Assembly (NCBI GenBank): GCA_907165135.1
Contig: OU015567.1
Span: forward strand, 13,454,001-13,518,000
DNA: 64,000 bases
Source: Oikopleura dioica
Lineage: Eukaryota > Animalia > Chordata
Reading direction: 5' to 3'
Part shown: positions 36,548 through 48,890 of the stretch, in pieces
How positions within the stretch are numbered: position 1 is the first letter of the stretch
Layout: the number at the start of each line of letters is the position of its first letter
Position numbers and translations under genes: made by a program
Notes under the pieces: model-generated
What the model saw: the letters and a program-made list of their open reading frames with translations, nothing else
The model's database searches: none
What the model was told of the DNA's origin: nothing

Positions 36548-39483
36548 CTAGCTTGATTTCTCGACAATCTGCTCTGGCGCAGTTGGAGGCCAATCAAGGT
36601 GGACGTTAGTGACATCAAGTCCGACAATGTCACATTCGCATCCGAGAATTTCAGAAACATTTGGCTTCGTTCTTCCGAAATCTCCATGAACAAATTCCTA
36701 GAAAAGAAAGTCATCCACTGACTATGAGCTTTTTCGTACCTTAATATAAGTGCCCGCTTGAGTAAGCAAATCGATATAGAACCAGTTTTCTGATCTACCT
36801 TCCCATCTCTTCCCTTCTGCTCTATAAAGATGAGTTAAAGGAAATAGAGCTGGGCGTCAAATTTACTTATGAATCGTTCTTGGTCTCGTATCATTGTTTC
36901 TCCGATGCAATACTCGGATAGGAGTCTTTTGCTAAATAAAAGATAAGAAGTAGGACAAATATTTCTTTCTACCTTCAATACTACTTCGCTCATTCTTAAT
37001 TTTTCCAAATCTTCCTCTGTAATCTTTCTTTCAGCGTAGCAAAACGCCCGATACTCTTTTTTCTTGTCCACTTCTCCTTCCAAAAGCGTTTTGCATCCAC
37101 TTTTTCCAATAATGCAAACGTCTTTTATTTTTAAGGACCCCCCCGTCAACAATTTTCGAAAAATCTATTTTCGGAATTTCAAAATTTTGACCCCGGAAAT
37201 GGATTCTACAGGTCAAAAAACGATTTTGAGGCTTCATTTTTTGGGGGTCTATCTCGACTCTAACACCCTCAAAATCGCGTTTGGAAATCGGACTTTTTGA
37301 CGAAAAATGACGAAAAAGTCCCAATTTTGCTTAAATTTTAGACTTTTATTGGTCAAAAAGTGCTCCTTACAAGTTTTTATGATAAATTTAACTTCCAGGC
37401 ACACTCAGAAGCCAAAATATGGCTGCTTTGAGATTTTCGATTTTTTGAGGAAAATTGTTGACGGGGGGGTCCTTAAATCGGAGCTTTTATTCACTTCTGC
37501 GGCTAGAATCTCCGCACAACTGCTTGTCAACAGCTTGCGGGGCTTCAACAGCTCCACAATGAAGGGTCTTCCATTTCCTGAAAATAGAATCCAACTCAAC
37601 ATTCAAGCACGAATTAAACTTACCGAGAGTTCTAACATCTACATCTTCTCTCCCTGCCGAAGTCAGGATTCCTCTCTGCGCCCCAGTCGCTTTTACAAAG
37701 GGCGCTGCGATAATTTCCTCGACAGAAGTTTCACTGTAATGTCTTTTGCCATCAACGAGCCAGGGAGTTTGAGGGAGCGTCCTTGAATATTTCTGATATC
37801 TTCCAGCGATGTAGATCGGCGAGTGGATCGTTTCGACTGTCAGTTTGTGCGACGGAGAAAGAGATGAAAGGTACTCGCCGAGACTGAGCAAGTCGGAAGG
37901 CGACAGAATGTTTAAAGTCTGCGAAACAGTACTGGCATTGATCGTTGGCGGCAGATTCGTAACCTCTGGGCTGCACGATTGGCAAAAAAATTTGGATTTT
38001 TCCAACCAACTGCCAATCCAATCCAACCCAAATTTTCCCAATCCAACCAAATTCCAATCCAATTCCAATTCCAATTGGAATTTGGCTGTCCAATTGGAAA
38101 ACTCGTGCCAATTGGAAGCAAGATTCCAATTGCCGATTGGTCCGCGAAAAAAATCGGATTCTAATTGGAAAAATCAGTTTTTTTAATGAGTTCATTTAAA
38201 ATAATCCTTTAAAATTTACAAACGAGGGAATTTTTAAAGCAAATCGGCATCGGGCATTCGGGGAAAAAGCGTTCGGCCGAGCATTCGGAGCTAAGCCCCT
38301 AAAATTTGGCCAGGCAAGAGCGGGCATTTCGGACATTTGGGCAATATGGGCACTTTCGGGCAATTCGGCGCTTTCGGGCAGTTTGGCAAGCCCTCGCCGA
38401 AGAAAATTCCAAAATTTTGCTAATTTTTGCATTCTTTACAACTATTTTTGCCCTCTTGCTCCTCTAACTGAATCAATAGTCCCTCGAAACTTATTTTTCT
38501 AGCCCTTATCTATCGAAAATCCCACCATCAGTCCAATTCTTTTGACTTAAAGATCGAAAATTATTGCCCAACTGGTCGTTTGAGCCACTGTTTCAAGCAT
38601 AATCTGGCATTTCCGCATGGAAAGAGGTGCTTCGATCCAATCATTTTGCCAATTTACCAATTGGCGACCAGTTGCCAATTGGACCCCCATTTTCCAATTG
38701 GAAGGGCTGTCCAATTGGACAGACCCTGATTTTCCCGCCTTTTTTCCAACCAATTTACCAATCCAATCCAATTGGAATTGGAAACCAATTGGATTCCAAT
38801 CCAATTGTGCAGCCCTGCTCTTCTTCTTCCTTTTCTTTCTTCGCTTTTTTGCCCCATTTCTTTTTCTTTCCTCCTCCAGCTCTCGTTTTGTAAATCGCCT
38901 CCAATTTATAGGAAATTTCGTTTGATAAGCTGGGGTTGTTGATCAATCCAGTGATGAATTGAGACTCGAATTCTTCGCATAAGAATTTGGGCGAAACCTT
39001 CAGCTCGCTTTCGGCATTGATGAAGACGTTTTCAAGCAGATTATTGCAGCACATCGTTTTGAGAATTTCTTTCAGGTTGATGTTGTCTTTCAAAGCTTGA
39101 AAAAAGTATGGGAAGGATAATTTCTGGTGTTATTAGCGAGCTTTTCCTGGTAAAACAACATCTGAAACTTCCTGCTTTATCGAATAATAAACAATGTTCT
39201 CGACGAGTGGCATTATCGACGGAACTGTAATCAACATTTGAAAGTCCCTAACGACATGTTCTTTCTCCAGCGGCCAGTTTTCTACCGACTTTCTGATTTC
39301 TTCTTTGTACTCAGCAAACCTCGACCGGGTCAGAAAGCCAAAACACATGATACATGTTCGACTTGGGTCAACGAATTTTCTCAATTTTTCATTTTCAACA
39401 GGAAGATTTTCCACTGTTTCGTAAAATTTCGTGAAATCATTGCAGCCGAGAAGACGATTCGCGCAAACTCCGCAGATATTCAT
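36548..39483 (-). CDS. PUS10: tRNA pseudouridine synthase Pus10; two introns coincide with MITEs
   Basis: IAGRYQKYSRTLPQTPW, SAGREDVDVRTLGNGRPF, QKTPIRVLHRR, TQAGTYIKEFVHGDFGRTKPN, DWPP. Confidence 0.93.
37135..37472. mobile_element. TTAA-specific MITE with GG termini (Kolobok-like), 338 bp, inside the PUS10 coding sequence
   Basis: Perfect 23-bp TIR GGACCCCCCCGTCAACAATTTTC; TTAA on both sides (37131-34, 37473-76). Confidence 0.9.
37969..38814. mobile_element. MITE (~846 bp) with CCAAT-array subterminal repeats, interrupting the PUS10 coding sequence
   Basis: TIR GGCTGCAC(G/A)ATTGG; CTG on both flanks (3-bp TSD, Harbinger-like), or alternatively a hAT-like CAGGG end without TSD. ~200-bp inverted CCAATT/CCAATC arrays and a central GGGCA repeat. 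Confidence 0.85.
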
Positions 39484-39554
39484 CAACTTCTAAAAACCAC
39501 AATTATAGAGCAACTTCAGTTTTCATATTCAAAAAGAAACGCGGTGTCCCGTCT

Positions 39555-39862
39555 CGTTTTCCTACTGATGGGGTGTTTGATAGCGAAATTTCCATCAGAG
39601 CGCTGTGACGAATCAGAGTGCCTATCTCAAGAGGGCCTGAGTTAGGCTAGTGAGGCCAGTTACCATACATTTTCTTGGTCGGCGCTCTGATTCGTCAGAT
39701 GTTGGAAAAACGGGTTACGTGAATCTTATGGAAAATTCGAGAAAAATTAAACGGACGAATCAGAGCGCCCGTCAGTGGGATGTCTGGTTACTAGCCTTAC
39801 AAGCCCAACCCAGGCTCCGATGAGATTTTTTCCGCTATCCAACACCCCATCAGTAGCAAACG
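39555..39862. mobile_element. Degenerate foldback element in a divergent promoter region
   Basis: CTACTGATGGGGTGTT / AACACCCCATCAGTAG inverted pair plus inner GCGCTCTGATTCGTC / GACGAATCAGAGCGC. No TSD seen. Confidence 0.55.
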
Positions 39863-40067
39863 ACCTTTAACAGATAAACTTGAACTTTCCTTTTTGTCAC
39901 CCAATACTCAACAAAAGCGAGCTCCGAAGAAATCCCCTTGAGAGTAGAGAGACAATAAAAAGATTTCTTTGCCTTACGGCAGTTTGTCTCCAAGTCTCAG
40001 GAAATTTTAATTTTGGTCTTATTACTCACGCGTCCTCGTATAACAACGGGGCAAATAAGAACGAAAA

Positions 40068-40636
40068 ATGGAAGTGCAACAAGAAATGAATTCCGATTCA
40101 GGCGCCGAAGAGACAATTTTGGTCAAGGAGGAGGAAGAGAAAAAAGAGTTACCAAATGAAGAGAATGAAGAAGACTCAGACGAAGAGTACGAAATTGTGT
40201 CAACTCCGTTACAACGAGTCCGTGGTCCTTTGAATTATATAACTCCTTGTTTGACTGATATGTGGATTGATGGGGATCAAATTGCTTTTAAACCGAGAAC
40301 GCGGGTTTTCAGGAAATGTTCGAAGCCAGCTGCCCTGAAAGGAAAGTACTGAGAATGGAAGTTACTCAGACTCTAACAGATAATTTTACAGATGTCGAAA
40401 CTGGAACGATCATCGTTGTCGAAGGCTTTTGTTGCGAAATGCAAGACTTTCAGTACCAATACCAAACTGACGATATGGCTGTGGTCAACATGATGATCCG
40501 AAAACTTCAAGGAGATTTCGACAAAAAAGGATTCAATGCTTGCAAGGCGAAGTCATTGCGATTTGCGCTGCTTGAATTATTACGAAACCCGTGCGATAAT
40601 GAAACAGAAGAAACTATCACATGCCCGTTCGTTTAA
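40068..40636 (+). CDS. Unknown protein with acidic N-terminus (2 exons; probable GA-AG intron 40342-40391)
   Basis: ORFs 40068-40352 and 40316-40636 join in frame through a 50-nt intron. No family recognised. Confidence 0.55.
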
Positions 40637-40972
40637 ACCTTTGTAAATAAATAACTTGATAAGTTGAAAAGTTGACCTTGTTTAAATTTTTTATTTATTG
40701 ATCGTTTTAAAACTTAAATTTCAAGATATTGTTGCGGTAGATTTGGGCTTTGGTCGAAACTGAATTGAAGCAAAAGTAACTTTTTAAACTTTAAAATTTT
40801 AAGTCATGAGCTGTTGCCTTTGAGAGATGAATTAAATAAGGATATGTGAAGAGCGAGGGAGAGATTTTGAGCGAAACATAAAGATGAAGAGATTTAGGCC
40901 AAAGCAAAAGAAACATAAAAAGAAAAAACATTCAGTAGCAAAAAAGCTCAACATTCAGACACATTCTCCAGT

Positions 40973-43741
<2,769 letters not shown>

Positions 43742-44584
43742 TTTCAAGTCTAAAAACAGACTCTTTAGAAAGATAAGCCAGGGCTTACAGGTGTAGTAGT
43801 GCGCCACCAAGTTGAAATTCTCTTTGAAGTCCTTATATAGAAACTCAAAAAAGCTCAGAAAAACTGAAAAACTGAGAGAAGACAGATTCCCATCAAACAG
43901 CCACGCCCACGAGTCTGTCCCAGAATCGCCTCAATACAAGGTCATCTCGTGATTTCCCAATTTCTTTCAAGGATCAATACCACTCAATTCTCTCTGATCG
44001 CCCGATCAATAGGAAGGCTTTTCTGAAGAAAGGGGCTCTTTCGAAAATGGCAAAAAGATTGGTGTTTGCTCAAGAATGCGGCGTTTTTGCTGATCCTGAT
44101 CGGACGAGTTTGCGCTCAGGGGCGTTTCGAAACGGCCGTTTTTATTTTCTATAAATTTCACAAGGCGACCTCGTTACCTTATTTTTGGACCGTTCCGTTC
44201 CGCGTAGTTTATCGACCGACTCAGAGTTAGGGCTCATAAAATTATATTTTCGAAAATCATAATTGCTTTTGAATAATGTTCGTATGTAAAAAGAATAACC
44301 ACCACTCATTTGATATTAACAATCATTTTTTGTTAAGTTTTCGTAGTCACACGGATCTTCCCAAAACCATAGACAGATATCTGTTATAACAGAAATTTTG
44401 TCACTAGAGTGATTTCTCTTCGAACTGTACTTTTTCCTTCTTTCCAGTATTTTCTCGCTCGGTCATTGGCTAGGGCGGATGGTAAAATTGACGCAACAGA
44501 AATGGAAAGCTTCTCTCCAAATCTCCAGGCCATGTTTTCAGACTCAAAAAATAGAGAAAATCGAACGAGAAAGCCGCGAAGAAA

Positions 44585-45276
44585 ATGCTGAAGCGTAGTT
44601 CAAAATTTCTCACCAGTAAGTTATTTCTTCGACGGTATATTTATTTATTCAAATTTCTTAAATTCAGTGCTCGGAGCGCCGATTTTGACTTGTTCAGCTT
44701 CAACTTCTTCTCAGCTGCTATCAGAGTATCCATTATACGGACCTGAATCGATCATGGCTCGGAAGGCGCATGGAACTTGCCCGAAAGGAGTCCAGCTGGT
44801 TATTTCTTGCCTTGAGTTTTCAGCTTTCCTTTGCTTTAGAATTTGCGATGGGGTTGCGATCAAAGCCTGGCAGATCGAATCACGTGTTACAATCGCCACT
44901 GGGCCGAGAATTTCGGATATTGGCTCGACACGGACTTTTATGATTTTGCCATCAAACAGGTGGATTGCTCCTTCTTCACCCCTTATTTTATGTTTCTTTC
45001 CAGACTGAGCCGATTACGTTTTACGATTCGGTCACTGGAAAGCCGCTTTTCAAGGCGCCCATCGGACGAACGATGAGTGGATTTCTAAAAGAATCGCAAG
45101 ATCACGGCTGGCCAAGTTTCAGAGACGAAGAAGTCGTTTGGGAGAATGTCAGGTGCTTGGAAAATGGGGAGGCTGTTTCGCTAGAAGGCTCGCATCTGGG
45201 ACACAATTTGCCTGATAACAGGGGAAATCGATACTGCATTAATTTGGTCTCAGTTGCTGGCAAGCCCGCTGAATAA
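44585..45276 (+). CDS. Divergent methionine sulfoxide reductase B (SelR)-like protein, copy 1, possible transit peptide
   Basis: HGWPSF, HLGHNL and RYCIN motifs. The Zn-binding CxxC is absent (FYDSVTGKPLF). Start inferred. Confidence 0.7.
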
Positions 45277-45330
45277 TTCTGAAAACTTCATCCCATTCGT
45301 TCTCAAAATCTTTCCTCTGCTTCCTTTAGA

Positions 45331-46439
45331 ATGTCTCAATACCCAATTGTCGGTGATGAAAGCATCATGAGCCAGAAAAAGCACGGCACTTCTGATGCTC
45401 CTGTTCAGAAAGTTAGTAATAAAAATTTGATTCTTTTTAATGAAATTTTTAGGAATTGCGATGGAAATGCAACTATGATACCGCAGATTCCGTTTGCAAC
45501 TTCAATCGCCATTACGCCGAGCATTCTGGTTATTTTCTTGAAACTAGCTTTTTGAACGAGACAAAAGAGGGCACCGAAATAACCTTTTACGATTCAGGTA
45601 GTTTATTTTGAGATATTCTTCAGAGACATTGATTTCAAGTGACTGGAAAGCCTCTTTTCATCGCTCCAAAAGGCAGAACCAAGGTCTCGGATTTGGTGTG
45701 ACCCGCTGTGCGCAAAAATGAGTCCCCTGAAATGGCGCACAAAATGATGTGCGCAGCATTTGCGGATCACAGAAAAGGCTGTGATTCAGTCGAGCACACC
45801 GACAAATTTGCTGTGGCCGATCACAGCTCTCAATCACAGAATTCGTGTGATCCAAAAATAAGGGATGGGAATTCAGGCTTTCATAACGAGGGATTGTTGA
45901 ATCATCTCAAAGGTCGAAGCCGCGTTATCGGACATTCCTATCATCCGCCCCTGGTATGAATAGTTTTCCTAATGAAATTCAGTGATAAATTCATGGGTCG
46001 GGCGAAAGGAATTCTGGATCACAAAAAATCTGTGATCCAAATAAGACTAAATTTCAATTCTGTGATCGAGCATCGATCACAGTTCCTCTGTGATCGAATA
46101 AACCTGCGCACATCTTATTGTGCGCCTTTTCAGGAGACATGTTTTCGTGCACAGCGGATCACACCAAATCCGAGACCTTGGGCAGAACTTGGAAAGAATT
46201 CGTCGACGAAAGCAAGGCGCATGGATGGCCGAGCTTCAGAGACGAAGAAGTCGTCTGGGAAAACGTCAGGACTTTAAAAGATGGCGAAGCGGTTTCTCTT
46301 AGTGAGTGGAATCTTCCTCTTTTCGGGTTTACTGTTATTTATAGCGGGCACTCACTTGGGCCACAATCTGCCAGACAAGAAGGGGAATCGATACTGCATC
46401 AATCTCTGCTCTGTTGCTGGACAACCTAAAGAAACATGA
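45331..46439 (+). CDS. MsrB-like protein, copy 2, interrupted by a MITE
   Basis: Tandem paralogue with the same motifs. The frame is intact on both sides of the insertion (KGRT|WKEF). Confidence 0.65.
45680..46180. mobile_element. hAT-type MITE, 501 bp
   Basis: TIR CAAGGTCTCGGATTTGGTGTGA / TCACACCAAATCCGAGACCTTG; 8-bp TSD GGCAGAAC (45672-79, 46181-88); internal GATCAC/GTGATC repeats. Confidence 0.93.
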
Positions 46440-46697
46440 TTCGTGGTCCCTTTTCTGTACATTTCTCTTCTCTTCAAACAATTCTATCAAGTGTTTCCAT
46501 GTCTTACCCAAATCTCTCCTTTCGCAGGTTATCCATTCTATCACTGAAAACACACATTCCAATTTCCTTCCAGTAATTTTAGTATTAGAGCATGCTAGCA
46601 ACAGTAATTTCTCTTTCAAGTTCCAAAAAGGTTCGCAATTGCAATTGAAAAACTCTTCTTTATCTTATTCGAATTTTCCTATTTTCTTGCAATCAGA

Positions 46698-47883
46698 ATG
46701 TCATACGGCAAAGTGCTAAGAAATTCCGTCGCTAAAAGAGTTCTCGATCTTCGCTCGGACACATTTACACTTCCTTCCGCCGCGATGCGCGCCAGAATGG
46801 CCGAGGCCATTTGTGGCGATGATGTTTACAAAGAAGACAGGACGATTATTGAGCTTGAATCTCGCCTTGCTGAGCTAACTGGACATGAAGGCGCATTGTT
46901 CGTCCTAACATGCACAATGGCTAATTTCCTTGGCTTGGCTGCAACTTGCAACCGCGGGGAAGAGGTTTTATGTGGCGATATGAGCCACATCGGGCTTTAT
47001 GAACAGTCGAATGTTTCTCAATTCACGGGTATTGGAATGCGTCAAGTAAAGAATCAGCCTGACGGCACAGTCTGCCTTGAAGATGTCCTTAGAAGAGGAT
47101 ACTTTTCAAACGATGACTTTCACATGTCGCATAGCAAAGATAGGATTTTGAGCAGTTTTCGAGTACTATGATTGTTTTTTGAATGTCTGAAAATCCTTTT
47201 TTACTGATTTGCGTTGAGAATACCCATAATTTCACCGGTGGAAAGCCGCTTTCTCTTGAATATCTTCAGGATCTTCGAAAACTATCATCGGAAAATGGCT
47301 GCAATGTTCACATGGATGGAGCTAGACTTGTAAACGCATCGATAGGCACCGGAATAACGCTGAAAGATTACTGCTCGCTAGTAGATACTGCAACCATGTG
47401 CTTTACGAAAGGAATGGGCTGTCCTTTCGGAGCAGCGCTTGTTGGAAACGAAGACGTGATTCAAAAGGCGAGGAGAATGAGAAAGGCAATCGGTGGTCAA
47501 TGGAGACAAGGAGGAATCGCGGCGGCGGCTGTTCTGGAAAGTTTAGACGACTTGTCTCCGATCGAAAATGATCATGAAATGGCGAAAGTATGGGCTTCTG
47601 CCATTCCAGCGCTCTCAAAGAAAATATCTGTGGATGCGCCACAAACAAATATCGTCATCTTCAAGTGCCAAGATGAAACGTCTGCGCTGGAGATTATTGA
47701 AAAGATGGCGCATGGCGAATTATCCGGTAATGATACAAATCATTAATAAGCTTCCTAAATTAAGCGTTCGTAGTTCTTCTTCAGCAAGGCGCTAACCCAG
47801 AAGATGTTCGTGCCGTCTTTCACAGATCAGCCGACTACTCGTTAATTTCCGAGGCAGTTGAAAAGTTGCAAAGTTTAATTTAG
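46698..47883 (+). CDS. THA1: Low-specificity L-threonine aldolase (PLP-dependent), 3 exons
   Basis: DLRSDTFT, GDDVYKED, CVENTHN, HMDGARL, CFTKG (PLP lysine), RKAIGGQWRQGG. Confidence 0.93.
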
Positions 47884-48014
47884 CTTCCTCCCTCAAACTT
47901 ACTTATTGATTGATTTTTCTGTGATCTCTTGATGATTCTGACTCGTTGACATCTATTTTTCTAATGAATAATTTAATTTTCTGATAAAAAGGCTGAGATT
48001 TGTGATTGTTAAGA

Positions 48015-48542
48015 ATGGAAGGAAAGGCGAAAAGTGTTCCGACTCCAGAGCCGCCAGAGGTAATAGTCTGGGACTATTATCACAGGCCGACAATCACGGT
48101 GGAGAAAGCGCACAATTGCCTAACATGCGGCCACGGATCAGACACAGTGTCGGAGATGGTCGCCCATGAGCTCGAAGTCCACCTGCATCATCGGGCAAAA
48201 TACGGTTGCGGACATTGCCGCATCTACTTTCCCTCAAAGGTCGAGTTGATTCGCCACAAGATGATGGACTGTCCGACGACTCCCAAGTACAAACGAAAGA
48301 AAAACCGAGCAGAAATCGAAAAGGCCGACGAAGAAGAGCGTGAGAAAATCATCGAAGCCATCAAAACGGGCAAAATCCAGCGTCATCCAAAATTTTTGAA
48401 GACAGAAAAAGAAGAGGAAACAACAGAAAATGCGAACTTTCTTCTGGAAGAAGAAATGGATGCCATCTCGTTGGAGTCAACCAGATCAGGTTTTGAGCCG
48501 TTTTTTTCGATAGCTACTAAGTTTCATATTCAGAGCAAATGA
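48015..48542 (+). CDS. C2H2-type zinc-finger protein; 3' end uncertain
   Basis: CLTCGH...HELEVH and CGHCRIYFPSKVELIRHKMMDC. ATG follows an AG acceptor. Confidence 0.65.
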   Translation: MEGKAKSVPTPEPPEVIVWDYYHRPTITVEKAHNCLTCGHGSDTVSEMVAHELEVHLHHRAKYGCGHCRIYFPSKVELIRHKMMDCPTTPKYKRKKNRAEIEKADEEEREKIIEAIKTGKIQRHPKFLKTEKEEETTENANFLLEEEMDAISLESTRSGFEPFFSIATKFHIQSK

Positions 48543-48890
48543 TCTTGCAGAAGACTCTTTCAAACTAAGAAATTCAAAGTCTCACCTAAGCAGCTAGAAT
48601 TCTGGCTATCAAACACTACCATTTATCACCAAGCTTCATTTACTGTCAACGTTCCATTTATCTCACATCTACTTTCACAGCAAGTGCAATCCTTTATTTA
48701 TTTCAAAAACTTTTCAAAGACAATAAAAAAAATAAAAATATCAACGATGACTTGTGTGGGAATCCATCCATTTTGAAGAAATAGCATTTATTTGTTTGCA
48801 ACTTTTTACTTTGATAAAAAATAGAATAAGAAATTTTGAACATGGAATGTTTTCAGTAACCAAGTTTGTGCAATTGCCGGGCAGACGCTT

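Noticed and set aside
37752-38925. Trp/Asn/Pro-rich ORFs (NWNWNWIG, QSNPN)
   Set aside because: Translations of CCAAT/ATTGG subterminal arrays of the MITE.
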